In this document: positions 44,733-54,412 of the stretch, in pieces | Position numbering within the stretch: position 1 is the stretch's first letter | How the letters are laid out: each line of letters begins with the position of its first letter | Assembly: GCA_026386845.1 (NCBI GenBank) | Contig: JAPLMW010000039.1 | Location: 1-61,881, forward strand | DNA: 61,881 nt | Source of the DNA: Phycisphaerae bacterium | Lineage (GTDB): Bacteria > Planctomycetota > Phycisphaerae > Sedimentisphaerales > UBA12454 | Direction: 5' to 3' | The notes under the pieces: generated by a model | Seen by the model: the letters and a program-made list of their open reading frames with translations, nothing else | Told to the model about the DNA's origin: nothing | The model's database searches: none | Program-made: the position numbers and the translations under genes

Positions 44733-45158
44733 ATGACGAATTCTCATCTTGTCATCTTAAAAAAATTTTATCTCGACAAAATTCTTGATGGCAGCAAGAA
44801 AGTTGAACTGCGTCTCACTAAAACCGCTGTCCCGCCGTTTGGTTGTATCTCTGTCGGCGATACATTGATTCTGAAAGAATCAAGCGGTCCCGTTTGTGCT
44901 GTTTCGCAAGTTGCCGCTGTAAAAGAATTTAGCAATCTTACGCCAGCCAAAATTGCTCAATTAAAAGCTCAATATAATCATCTAATCTGCGGCGCAGATG
45001 CCTACTGGCAGTTTAAATCTGACAGTAAATTTGCGGTTCTTTTATGGCTGAAAAACGTCAGAAGTATAAAGCCGATAAGGATTTATAAGAAGGATTGGCG
45101 AGCCTGGGTGGTATTGAAAAAGCCAAATGATTTTGGCCTGCTGGATAAGATAAATTAG
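44733..45158 (+). CDS. ASCH (PUA-like) domain protein
   Basis: KKFYLDKILDGSKKVELRL..GDTLILKE pattern. The call is tentative. Confidence 0.5.
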   Translation: MTNSHLVILKKFYLDKILDGSKKVELRLTKTAVPPFGCISVGDTLILKESSGPVCAVSQVAAVKEFSNLTPAKIAQLKAQYNHLICGADAYWQFKSDSKFAVLLWLKNVRSIKPIRIYKKDWRAWVVLKKPNDFGLLDKIN

Positions 45159-46420
45159 CTCCTTCTGGCGATATTATTAAGTAATCCTACTGCCATAATA
45201 TTAACCAAAAGGCTTGACCCGCCGTAACTTACGAACGGCAGCGTAATTCCGGTTATCGGCATAAGGCCTATCGTCATCCCTACATTTACGACTACCTGAA
45301 TAGCGAAAACCGCAGTAAGTCCAGCCGCGATATAACAGCCGAATGAATCGGCGCTTGTGCCTGCTATTTCAACGCTGCAGGCTATTAACAGAGCATACAA
45401 AGCCATTACCAGCACCGCTCCCGCGAAACCCCATTGATGGCAGATAAGCGCAAAAATAAAATCGTTGTGTCTTTCCGGCAGAAATTTGTATTTGATAAAC
45501 GGCCCTTCACGAAAACCCTGGCCGTAAAAACCGCCTGATGCTATTGCGAGTTTGGAACGTATAAGCTGATAACCTTCGCCGACTTCCCAGTTTCTTATTC
45601 TCTCTGTTCCGACGCCGAGAGCTTTCGCAAGCCAGAGATGCTTTTCGGCCTCCTGCTTGAACCAGCTTTCGCTGCCGTCAATTTTGTCCTGCAAAAGCAC
45701 CGAACTTATCCGCATCCGCTGATAATCGTGCATCTGAAACCAGAGAACCGGAAAGGCAAGAACGGCAAGAATAATTATCGCAAACAGATGCTTTGTTTTT
45801 GCGCCGGCAATGAACAGCATTGTTAAAAATACCGGCATAATCAATAAAACTGTTCCCAAATCCGGCTCAAGCAAAATCAACATCATCGGCAGAAAGGTAA
45901 GAATAAACGGCGGCAGAAGCGCTGAAAAATTACGATAGTTGCTTCTGTATCGTAAATGCCAGCCGAGCGCTATTACGTAAATCAATTTAAAAAACTCGGA
46001 CGGCTGAAACTGCGGTAATGAGCCAATCACAATCCACCGGCGAGAGCCTTTCTTTAACGGCACAAAAGGGAGGTCGATGATTCTATCCAATAATAAAATC
46101 GCCAATAATATAATTATCGCGGCATAAAGCCAGAAACTCGCGGGGCCGAGTTTTCTGTAACTGAAGGAGTTCATAATAATAAAGCCGATGAAACCGATTG
46201 CGGCAAAAATTAACTGTTTTTGCCAAAGGCCGGCGGCTGCACTTAATTGTTCATCCGCCTTCGGCGAGACCTCGCCATTTGGCGGGCTGTCGGATACGGC
46301 AGGGTTGCCGGAGGCGTAAATCATCATTACGCCGATAACGACGAGACCGGCCGCGGAGGCTAACAACAAAAGCCTTGTTACAAGCAGCCTGCCTTTCAAA
46401 AATTCAAAAATGTCAAACAT
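45155..46420 (-). CDS. FtsW/RodA/SpoVE (SEDS) family peptidoglycan polymerase
   Basis: About ten TM helices and a PLPFVSYGGSS-like motif (TLPFVSYGGSSLL). ATG 46420 was chosen as the start. Confidence 0.85.
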   Translation of the reverse strand: MFDIFEFLKGRLLVTRLLLLASAAGLVVIGVMMIYASGNPAVSDSPPNGEVSPKADEQLSAAAGLWQKQLIFAAIGFIGFIIMNSFSYRKLGPASFWLYAAIIILLAILLLDRIIDLPFVPLKKGSRRWIVIGSLPQFQPSEFFKLIYVIALGWHLRYRSNYRNFSALLPPFILTFLPMMLILLEPDLGTVLLIMPVFLTMLFIAGAKTKHLFAIIILAVLAFPVLWFQMHDYQRMRISSVLLQDKIDGSESWFKQEAEKHLWLAKALGVGTERIRNWEVGEGYQLIRSKLAIASGGFYGQGFREGPFIKYKFLPERHNDFIFALICHQWGFAGAVLVMALYALLIACSVEIAGTSADSFGCYIAAGLTAVFAIQVVVNVGMTIGLMPITGITLPFVSYGGSSLLVNIMAVGLLNNIARRS

Positions 46421-46520
46421 AGAAGAAATGATAACAAAAGAATTAGAAAAGTCGATAGTTGATAGTTGCTGGTCGCTGGTGAAAGGAAGCAAGGAAATAA
46501 GGAGGTAAGGAAGCAAAGAA

Positions 46521-46557
46521 ATAAGGAAAAGAAAGGCCGAGGCAAACAGACTCGGCC
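46521..46557 (-). terminator. candidate intrinsic terminator
   Basis: GGCCGAG (46535-46541) pairs with CTCGGCC (46551-46557). On the minus strand it is followed by TTTCTTTTCC. Confidence 0.5.
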
Positions 46558-46577
46558 CTGTTTGAATTGACTAATTT

Positions 46578-46685
46578 TTATATGCGTTTTTTTCTCAAAG
46601 CCAAACCACCAAAGCCGGGCAGTAAGAGCGTGGCGGCAATAAAGTCGGAGTTTATTTGCTTAAGTTTTATGGTTTCCCTAACAAT
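46578..46685 (-). pseudogene. detached PEP-CTERM-like tail remnant (..SDFIAATLLLPGFGGLALRKKRI*)
   Basis: A start-less frame bounded by TGA (46686-46688) and TAA (46578-46580). Its hydrophobic stretch plus RKKR tail resembles the C-terminus of the protein at 48058-48819. Confidence 0.4.
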
Positions 46686-46722
46686 TCACCGTCGTCAATA
46701 TTATCGCATTCAATCCGATCTT

Positions 46723-48033
46723 CTAATTACACTGTAGCCACTCACCTGCCATAATGGCAAAGTCCCTAAAATCTACGAAGCAATTGTTGTCTATGTCGCC
46801 GATGGGACATACCTTGTTAAATATATACGCCGATCCGGAATCGGTGCCGTTGGCGTGATCTAAATAAGACCCCACAATGGCATAATCGCCGCTGATAGAA
46901 GCACCAAGGCCAAAGCAGTCATAGGGGGCGGCACCATCTGAGGCAATCAGCTTTTTTCTCTGCACCCAGGTTTGACCGTCGCGCTGGAAAATATATGCCG
47001 AGCCGGTAAAGCTGTTTTCGTAAGAAGCGCTCACGATGGCATAATCGCCGCTAATTGAAACCGTGTGTCCAAAGCCATCTCTACTGTCGGTGCCATCTAA
47101 CTTTTGCTGCTCAAGCCAGCTCGTCCCATCCCACTTGAATATATACGCCTTGCCGGATTCGGTTCCATTGTCATAGAATATAGCTCCCACGATGGCGTAA
47201 TCGCCGCTGATAGAAACACCATGGCCAAAGTTATCACCCGCAGCGCCATCTGAGGCGGTTAGCTTGGCAATCTGGTCCCAGTTGTTGGGGTCGACATCAT
47301 TGGGTTCAAATATATACGCCGAGCCGGAATTGGTTCCATTGTCATCATCCCTCAACGCACCTACAATAGCACGGTCGCCACTGATAGAAACAAGGCCAAA
47401 TTGGTCTCCGGCGGCGGCATCTGAGGCGGTCAGCTTGCACTGCTGGTACCAGTTGGGATCGCCCGGTGTAACGCTTTTCTTAAATATATATGCAGAACCG
47501 GAGTCACTTCCATTGTCATCATCGTAATTCGCCCCCACGATTGCCAAATCACCACTGATAGAAACCCGTACGCCAAATTGGTCTCCGGCGGCGCCATCTG
47601 AGGCGGTTAATTTGTCCTGCTGGACCCAGCTCGTCCCATTCCACTTGAATATATATGCCTTGCCGGCGCCACCGTTGTAATGCTGATACGCCCCCACAAT
47701 AGCATAGTCACCGCTGATAGAAACAGAAGTTCCAAAGTGGTCATCGGAGGCGCCATCTGAGGCGGTTAGCTTGGCAATCTGGTCCCAGTTGTTGGGGTCG
47801 ACATCATTGGGTTCAAATATATACGCCGCGCCAGAATCGCTTCCATTGTCATCATCCCCATACGCACTCACAATAGCACGGTCACCACTGATAGAAACGG
47901 AAGCTCCAAAGTGGTCATCGGAGGCGCCATCTGAGGCGACCAACTTATCCTGTTCGGGCCAGTGAGCTTGAGCTTCATTCAAAAAAACAAAAGACACAAT
48001 AACCATCGACATTATCAACACCATCTTTTTCAT
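46723..48033 (-). CDS. secreted FG-GAP repeat (beta-propeller) protein with a dockerin-like C-terminus
   Basis: Signal peptide and about seven repeats of KLTASDGA..D.FG.SVSISGDYAIVGA..D..GS.SGSAYIF. The C-terminus is GDIDNNCFVDFRDF. Confidence 0.8.
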   Translation of the reverse strand: MKKMVLIMSMVIVSFVFLNEAQAHWPEQDKLVASDGASDDHFGASVSISGDRAIVSAYGDDDNGSDSGAAYIFEPNDVDPNNWDQIAKLTASDGASDDHFGTSVSISGDYAIVGAYQHYNGGAGKAYIFKWNGTSWVQQDKLTASDGAAGDQFGVRVSISGDLAIVGANYDDDNGSDSGSAYIFKKSVTPGDPNWYQQCKLTASDAAAGDQFGLVSISGDRAIVGALRDDDNGTNSGSAYIFEPNDVDPNNWDQIAKLTASDGAAGDNFGHGVSISGDYAIVGAIFYDNGTESGKAYIFKWDGTSWLEQQKLDGTDSRDGFGHTVSISGDYAIVSASYENSFTGSAYIFQRDGQTWVQRKKLIASDGAAPYDCFGLGASISGDYAIVGSYLDHANGTDSGSAYIFNKVCPIGDIDNNCFVDFRDFAIMAGEWLQCN

Positions 48034-48057
48034 TTTCTTCTCCTTGTAAAAAAATAA

Positions 48058-48819
48058 TTAATGTTTTTTTCTCAAAAGCAAACCGCCGAGAGTTAATAAA
48101 AGAATCGTTGCCGGTTCGGGGACAAGATTCACATTATCAATGTAACCTTCTGCTACCGCCGAGGACGAAATGCCGCGATATTGGCCATCATCTCCTATCC
48201 CACTGCTCGAGCTTCCCAAATACATGAGGTCATTAGTGAAGCCCCCCGGCACTGCCATCGGAACGGATGACCAAACACTGCTGCCACTCTCCCACACATC
48301 GAAACTTGCCATATATGTACTGGCGTCGTAAGAAAGCTCGCATGTGTACAAAGTATCGAAATTCCACGTCCCGCCGGCCGCTCCGGCATCTCCATCTTCT
48401 CCACTTACGATTAAAGACCAAATATGGCCTGCATCTGGATTGGCAACTAGTCCCAGAACATACTGACCCAGAGGATCCGGATCAATCGCATAGCGAGTCA
48501 AGCTACTATCGTAAATACCAAAGGGAATACTGATAGACCAGTCGCATCGTGTTACATTGACATCCCACTGGAGTTCAAAACTTCCTACAGCTTCCGACAG
48601 TTCTTTGTAAGTATATCTGCTTGGCGAATAACCGGGATACTGATGCTCAGGTTGGACATAATATCTTTGGGTTGGTTCATCCCAATAGTATTTTGATGTC
48701 TGGTCTGTAACCCAGCCCGGATCGGTTGAAAAATCTGTTGAATAAGGTATCGTTGCGGCTGGACTGAAACTACACAGTCCGATTGCCAAAACCATCATAA
48801 AAAAGAATTGCTTTTTCAT
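48058..48819 (-). CDS. PEP-CTERM sorting domain protein
   Basis: Signal peptide and a C-terminal VPEPATILLLTLGGLLLRKKH. Confidence 0.8.
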   Translation of the reverse strand: MKKQFFFMMVLAIGLCSFSPAATIPYSTDFSTDPGWVTDQTSKYYWDEPTQRYYVQPEHQYPGYSPSRYTYKELSEAVGSFELQWDVNVTRCDWSISIPFGIYDSSLTRYAIDPDPLGQYVLGLVANPDAGHIWSLIVSGEDGDAGAAGGTWNFDTLYTCELSYDASTYMASFDVWESGSSVWSSVPMAVPGGFTNDLMYLGSSSSGIGDDGQYRGISSSAVAEGYIDNVNLVPEPATILLLTLGGLLLRKKH

Positions 48820-49031
48820 TTTCTTCCCTTCCAAAAAATTATTGTTTAGATTTTCTCAAGGCAACAATTCCCCTGAGAAATGACGAAAAACATAGTTGCA
48901 GTAAATTTATGGTGAATTAAAGGTATGTTTCATTTTCTCTTCCTCCAAATCTTAATAATAAAATTCCTGCCGAATTTGCTCCATTTTATCCTAACACTAA
49001 ACTCGTGTCAAGACATTTCTGCCATAAAATT

Positions 49032-49280
49032 ATGTTTATGGCTACCAAGTCGCAACATAACTTAATGTATAAAAAAATACCTGTTTTTCTAAGAGAAATG
49101 AGGGAAAAGGCAGGTCTTACCCAAAGAGACATAGGAAGAATCATAAATAAGCCTCAATCATACATTTATAACTGTGAAACAGCCAACAGAAGGGTTGATA
49201 TAACTGAGTTTATTGTATGGTCTAAAGCCTGTGGAGTGGATGCAAAAACTGCCTTTGCAAGACTACTTAAAGAACTATAA
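49032..49280 (+). CDS. XRE-family helix-turn-helix transcriptional regulator (start uncertain)
   Basis: LREMREKAGLTQRDIGRIINKPQSYIYNCE is an HTH_3-like segment. Alternative starts are GTG 49005 and ATG 49065. Confidence 0.65.
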   Translation: MFMATKSQHNLMYKKIPVFLREMREKAGLTQRDIGRIINKPQSYIYNCETANRRVDITEFIVWSKACGVDAKTAFARLLKEL

Positions 49281-49288
49281 GCCAAATT

Positions 49289-49355
49289 AGATTGCCACGT
49301 CCCTTAGGGACTCGCAATGACCCCGATGAGATAGCCGAAGCGGCATCTCACGGGG
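49289..49355 (-). repeat. GTCATT-hairpin-AATCT module plus a CCCCGTGAGATG..ATCTCATCGGGG hairpin
   Basis: The minus strand reads GTCATTGCGAGTCCCTAAGGGACGTGGCAATCT. The adjacent hairpin is related to 23148-23188. Confidence 0.65.
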
Positions 49356-49383
49356 CAAGCAAACCCCTAAACCTCGAATAATT

Positions 49384-50577
49384 TTATTTTACAAACAGAT
49401 AATACAGCCGGCCTTCCTGATAAGTCCGGCCCGCCAGTGTTCCGGCCTTGTCGCCCTGACCCATATAAACATCACATCTGCCAGCTGCCCTAATTGCGCC
49501 GCCGGTGTCCTGGTCAAGTGCAAAACCGGTATAAGGTCTTTCCGCAATAACGCCACCTGTTTCATAAGGCAGTCTTGTCGAAATAAATACCAGATTTGCA
49601 GGCGGGAAAATAGATTTATCCGTCGCGATGCTCCGCAGCTTTGTTACCTCCTCGTTCAAACTGCCGCGAGGCTCGCCCTTTTCCGCCATAAAGAACACGA
49701 AGCGAGGATTAAGCTGCGTGCAGGGACCAACTTCCTCGGGATGTTTTTTGAAATAAGCAATCATCGCTGATAAGCTCATCTGCTCGGCGCTGATTTTGCC
49801 CTGTTCGACCATTGCCTTGGACAAACTCTTGTAATCATGGCCGTTACTTGCAGCGTAGCCGACGCCGAAAAGTTTGCCGTCAGGAAGTCTAATCTTTGCA
49901 GAACCCTGAACGTGAGCGATATAGACCTCAAACGCATCGCCGAGCCAGACCAATTCCTGTCCTCTAAGCGAATCAGAAACTTCAAGAATCTTTCTTGAAG
50001 GATATGGCTCTATTTGACCATCGGCTCCCTTTCTGCCAATAATTTCACCCTTTGGGCCTTTTACAATGTCCGGCGGCTGCTTGTAAAGAGGATACTGAAA
50101 CTTTTCCGTCCGTTTAAGAGAGCCGTCAAAAATCGGCGTATAATAACCCGTAAACAGAACCGTCCCCATATCATCACAGCCGACAGAGATGTAAACATCG
50201 AATTTCTGACGTATAGTCTCGTTTAACTGACTGCCTCGCTGGCCGCTGTCAAGTAATTCGATAAACGCCTTGAGGCTCGCAACTGCTTTGTCGTGAGTAA
50301 TCTCGCCATAGGGATAAAATTGCTTACTTGACGGTTTGGACAGGTAATTAAGACTTTTTTGTGCCGCTTTTTTAAGGTTCATCAGGTCGTGGCAGGCAAA
50401 CGTAAAGTCTGGAATATCAGCGGGGTTAGTTATCTTTCTCAGCGCAAGTTGGCCCGGCGGCAGGGGTCTATCATACTGAGGTTTTTCCTCCAGACGCTTG
50501 ACCTTTTTGGGTTTTTGACAACTGGCTGAAAATAATGCAATTAGAACGAGTTCCAAAATAAGTATTGTCTTTTTCAT
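49384..50577 (-). CDS. mltA: membrane-bound lytic murein transglycosylase A
   Basis: Lipoprotein signal (LFSASC), MltA domain and 3D domain (LDQDTGGAIR). Confidence 0.85.
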   Translation of the reverse strand: MKKTILILELVLIALFSASCQKPKKVKRLEEKPQYDRPLPPGQLALRKITNPADIPDFTFACHDLMNLKKAAQKSLNYLSKPSSKQFYPYGEITHDKAVASLKAFIELLDSGQRGSQLNETIRQKFDVYISVGCDDMGTVLFTGYYTPIFDGSLKRTEKFQYPLYKQPPDIVKGPKGEIIGRKGADGQIEPYPSRKILEVSDSLRGQELVWLGDAFEVYIAHVQGSAKIRLPDGKLFGVGYAASNGHDYKSLSKAMVEQGKISAEQMSLSAMIAYFKKHPEEVGPCTQLNPRFVFFMAEKGEPRGSLNEEVTKLRSIATDKSIFPPANLVFISTRLPYETGGVIAERPYTGFALDQDTGGAIRAAGRCDVYMGQGDKAGTLAGRTYQEGRLYYLFVK

Positions 50578-50663
50578 AAACAGTATCAACTTTCAAAATG
50601 AGGAATAAACCCTGAAATTATAACTACATTCCTTCCCGACGCCACAAAATTTTGTCTGGTGTA

Positions 50664-51085
50664 GTCATTTCGAGCGGAGGCCTCGAAGAGGCCGAAGCCG
50701 AGAAATCTATTAAAAAACGTTCTTTACGAATATTATTCATACCAGCCATCGCTTAAGTCTTTCCAGTCGGGATTCATCGAGTCAATAATCGCAACCTTTT
50801 TCTCCCGTCTCCATTTTTTGATTTGTTTTTCCCGACTAATGGCTGAAATCGGGTCTGATACCCTTTCTACATAAAGTAATCGGTCAATATTGTATTTATT
50901 TGTGAAACCCGGCATTAGATGATTTTTATGCTGATAAACCCTTTTTTTAATGTCATTAGTCATTCCGATATATAAAGTGCCGGTTTTGCTTGACATTATG
51001 TAAACATAATAGTTTTTCATAATCAAATTTTTTAATAGATTTCTCCACTCCGCTCCCCCTAAGGGGTCGCTTCGGTCGAAATGAC
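50664..51085 (-). mobile_element. GIY-YIG gene flanked by 54-58-nt terminal inverted repeats
   Basis: Left arm: GTCATTTCGA...GAGAAATCTATTAAAAAA (50664-50717). Right arm, inverted: TTTTTTAATAGATTTCTC...TCGAAATGAC (51028-51085). Confidence 0.55.
50733..51020 (-). CDS. GIY-YIG nuclease family protein (COG2827-like)
   Basis: YYVYIM..GTLYIGMT followed by SREKQIKKW. ATG 51020 is preferred over TTG 51026. Confidence 0.85.
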   Translation of the reverse strand: MKNYYVYIMSSKTGTLYIGMTNDIKKRVYQHKNHLMPGFTNKYNIDRLLYVERVSDPISAISREKQIKKWRREKKVAIIDSMNPDWKDLSDGWYE

Positions 51086-51102
51086 GGTTTTCAATGGAGC
51101 AA

Positions 51103-51999
51103 TTACCTGTTTAAGGTTTTCCCGGCGGACAATTGCTTTATGACATCAAACAGGGCCTGGGTGCCATCGGAGCCTCTGCCCTGAGTCTTTAATACGGATA
51201 ACAATTCCTTTGCGAGCACAGTGCCCGGCAGGGGCTGATTTATCTTCTCGGCGTATTCGAGAACCAGTTTTAAATCCTTCAACTGCAAATCAACCGAAAA
51301 AGCAGGCTTAAAATCGCCCGCGATAATTTTGGGGCCGAGAGCTTTTAGTGAATGACTGCCCGCGGCACCGGCGGATGTGGCAGCCAATGTAGTATCAAGG
51401 TCAAGGCCGGCTCTTTGAGCAAAGGCAAGACCTTCAGCGACGCTCATAATCGTGTGAATTACCATAACCTGATTGGCAAGTTTCGTTATCTGGCCGAAAC
51501 CCGATGGGCCGCAGTAGGTAATACTCCTGCCCATTACTTCAAAAATCGGCCTGACTTTTTCAACATATTCCTTTGGGCCGCCCGCCATAACTGAAAGCTT
51601 GGCCTGCTGGGCGCCGATTTGGCCGCCGCTGACAGGAGCATCTATCAAAATAATTTTCTTTTCAGCGAGAATTTTCGCCATCTGCTGAGTTTCAGACGGC
51701 GAAATGGTTGACATATCAATACAGATAAGGCCGGGATGAGCTGATTCAATCACGCCGGATTTACCGAGCAGAACCTGCCTTACATCAGGAGTATCGGGAA
51801 CACAGGTTATAACCACATCCGCATCTTGGGCTGCGGCAGCGGGACTATCGGCCCATCTTGCTCCCGCTTTTATAATCTCTTGGGCTTTTGACTTTGTCCT
51901 TGAATGCACAGTCAGGGGAAAACCGGCCTTGAGCAGATTCAAAGCCATTGGTTTGCCCATTATGCCTGTGCCGATAAACGCTATGCGGAAAGCAGACAC
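51103..51999 (-). CDS. NAD(P)-dependent beta-hydroxyacid dehydrogenase (3-hydroxyisobutyrate / 2-hydroxy-3-oxopropionate reductase family)
   Basis: IAFIGTGIMGKPMA Rossmann motif and family-typical length. Confidence 0.85.
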   Translation of the reverse strand: MSAFRIAFIGTGIMGKPMALNLLKAGFPLTVHSRTKSKAQEIIKAGARWADSPAAAAQDADVVITCVPDTPDVRQVLLGKSGVIESAHPGLICIDMSTISPSETQQMAKILAEKKIILIDAPVSGGQIGAQQAKLSVMAGGPKEYVEKVRPIFEVMGRSITYCGPSGFGQITKLANQVMVIHTIMSVAEGLAFAQRAGLDLDTTLAATSAGAAGSHSLKALGPKIIAGDFKPAFSVDLQLKDLKLVLEYAEKINQPLPGTVLAKELLSVLKTQGRGSDGTQALFDVIKQLSAGKTLNR

Positions 52000-52009
52000 T
52001 TTAAAAACC

Positions 52010-52801
52010 TTACGCGATTATGCCGAGACGCTTTAGAGTGTTCTTCGACCATCGCATACTCTTAAGCTGCGCCCAGCAGAGAAGTATGATGACAACCAGC
52101 CACAAACCGGTAAAACGAAGAAACATTACCATATTTGCAATCACTCTGGTCTGGTCAAAACCCGTCCAGGCATCAAGCAGCTCGGTCGGAGTATATATCG
52201 CACCGGTTATCACGCCTTTGAAAATAATCTGCCACGGTAAAAGCAGAACAATCATAAAAAAGGAAACGAAAACCGCTTTGGTGATATGCCTTATTCCTCC
52301 GAGCCTGCCGACAAGCGAAATCTTCATACAAAACAGCAGTGTCAGCGAATAAATCACTGAACAGACGACAAGCAGATAATTGCAAAATCTTATCAGCCAG
52401 GACAACTGCGAAAACTTAATCTTAAGGGGAGGAATAGTAATAGTTTTCGCGGGCACCGGCGTGTTCGGCTCGTTTGGCTCGGTATTAACATCGGCTGCCA
52501 ACTCTTGCGCAGCCTTTTCCGTTTTCTCGGTTTTCTTCTCAATCTTTATAGCTTTTTCTTTTTCGGCACGTGCGGCAAGCTGCGAAATTTCCACAACCGG
52601 CGAGGCATCTTGCTGAACTATTTCCTTACCGGGCTTTTCAACGTATTGTGTCGGCACAAGCCAGAAAATGCCCTGTAAAATCAGCAGGCAGAGAAAACAA
52701 ACCAGGAAAAAGAAATTTTTATTGCTCTTGAGCGTGCCGATTGCCTCCAGGCAATCGGTGGTCTCGATAAGCTGGTCCTGTTTTTTTGCATCTTCAGCCA
52801 T
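52010..52801 (-). CDS. hypothetical membrane protein
   Basis: 263-aa ORF with several hydrophobic helices. No motif was recognised. Confidence 0.5.
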   Translation of the reverse strand: MAEDAKKQDQLIETTDCLEAIGTLKSNKNFFFLVCFLCLLILQGIFWLVPTQYVEKPGKEIVQQDASPVVEISQLAARAEKEKAIKIEKKTEKTEKAAQELAADVNTEPNEPNTPVPAKTITIPPLKIKFSQLSWLIRFCNYLLVVCSVIYSLTLLFCMKISLVGRLGGIRHITKAVFVSFFMIVLLLPWQIIFKGVITGAIYTPTELLDAWTGFDQTRVIANMVMFLRFTGLWLVVIILLCWAQLKSMRWSKNTLKRLGIIA

Positions 52802-52918
52802 TTTTATATCCTTAAAATATCATAGTTTCGTTTTTCATCTTTTTTAAGGAAGTAAAGAGATAAAGAGGTAAGGAAGTAAGGAAAAACAATTGAATGCCTT
52901 CCTTGCTTCCTTGATTCC

Positions 52919-54214
52919 TTATTTCCTTATTTCCTTTATACTATTCTGTGCAGCTTTGACTGTTTTTTCAATATCCTTTTTCGAATGTGCTGCGGAAATA
53001 AACATCGCCTCGAACGGACTGGGGGCAAGATATATGCCGTTTTTGAGCATTTGGGCGAAAAACGCCGCAAAAAGCCTTGCATCCGCTGATTTTGCATCGG
53101 CGAAGTCGAAAACAGGCTTTTCAGTGAAAAAACAGCTTAAAAGCGAACCGATACGGTTTATAGTCAATGGAATTGACGCCTGTTTGCCGGCATCGAGCAA
53201 ACCTGTATGAAGCATTTGTGATTTTTCTTCAAGCCGATTATAAAAATTTTTATTTTTCAATAATTTAAGCGTTGCAAGAGCCGCGGCAGTAGCCAGTGGA
53301 TTGCCGCTCAGGGTGCCGGCCTGATAAACGCCCCCTGCCGGCGCCAGCAGGTTCATAATCTCCGCCCTGCCGCCGACGGCTGCGCACGGAAGACCGCCGC
53401 CGATAATCTTTCCCAGGCAGGTCAAATCGGGTTTAACTTTAAATAACTTTTGAGCTCCGCCGAAACAAAGTCTGAAACCGGTTATCACCTCATCAAAAAT
53501 CAAAAGAGATTTATTGTCGCTGCAAAGTTTTCTGAGAGTTTTAAGATAGCCCGGCTTCGGCAAAACAACTCCCATATTCGCGGCAACCGGTTCGATTATG
53601 CACGCGGCAATTTTATTTTTGTATTTCTCAAAAACCTTTGCCGTCGAATCAATATCATTGTAATCAGCGACAATCGTAAGGGCACAAAGAGATTTCGGCA
53701 CACCGGGGCATAAAGGTTTTGAATATTGAGCTGAACCTGAGCCGCTGGAAACGAGCATCGAATCGCTGTGGCCGTGATAACAGCCGGACATTTTTAAAAT
53801 ATAATCTTTGCCCGTAAAAGCTCTGGCAAGTCGCACGGCGGTCATTACCGCCTCTGTGCCGCTGCTGACAAGACGAACTTTCTCAATCGAATCGAAAGCA
53901 TTACAAATAATTTCCGCAACTTCGGTTTCCGCAGCAGTGGGGGCGCCGAAAGACGTTCCCTTCTGTGCCGCTTTTTTTACCGCGGCGATTACCTGCGGAT
54001 GACAGTGGCCGAGTATTAAAGCACCCCATGAACATACATAGTCAATATACTCGTTGCCGTCGATGTCGTAAATTTTCGAGCCGCTGCCTTTTGCAATAAA
54101 AACAGGACTGCCGCCGACGTTTTTAAACGCCCTTACAGGCGAATTAACCCCGCCGGGGATAAAACGAGCGGCTTTCGTAAACTGCTTTTTGGATTTCGTA
54201 AATTCCATATTCAA
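52919..54214 (-). CDS. hemL: glutamate-1-semialdehyde 2,1-aminomutase
   Basis: FIPGGVNSPVRAF plus a class-III aminotransferase body. Confidence 0.95.
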   Translation of the reverse strand: MNMEFTKSKKQFTKAARFIPGGVNSPVRAFKNVGGSPVFIAKGSGSKIYDIDGNEYIDYVCSWGALILGHCHPQVIAAVKKAAQKGTSFGAPTAAETEVAEIICNAFDSIEKVRLVSSGTEAVMTAVRLARAFTGKDYILKMSGCYHGHSDSMLVSSGSGSAQYSKPLCPGVPKSLCALTIVADYNDIDSTAKVFEKYKNKIAACIIEPVAANMGVVLPKPGYLKTLRKLCSDNKSLLIFDEVITGFRLCFGGAQKLFKVKPDLTCLGKIIGGGLPCAAVGGRAEIMNLLAPAGGVYQAGTLSGNPLATAAALATLKLLKNKNFYNRLEEKSQMLHTGLLDAGKQASIPLTINRIGSLLSCFFTEKPVFDFADAKSADARLFAAFFAQMLKNGIYLAPSPFEAMFISAAHSKKDIEKTVKAAQNSIKEIRK

Positions 54215-54412
54215 TGGACAATATGATAATCTTTAACTGTAAAAAGTGCAAATAGTTGCGCTAAAATGGCTTGTGTTTTTTCTATTGCAAAGCAGCTGGG
54301 ATTGCTTATACTGTGATGTTTTAAAACAAAGTCTTTATGCGTTTACAAGCTCTTTTAGCATTTGACTTTACAGCCGGACGAGTAATTTTTGGAAAGTTTT
54401 TCGGAGTATTAT

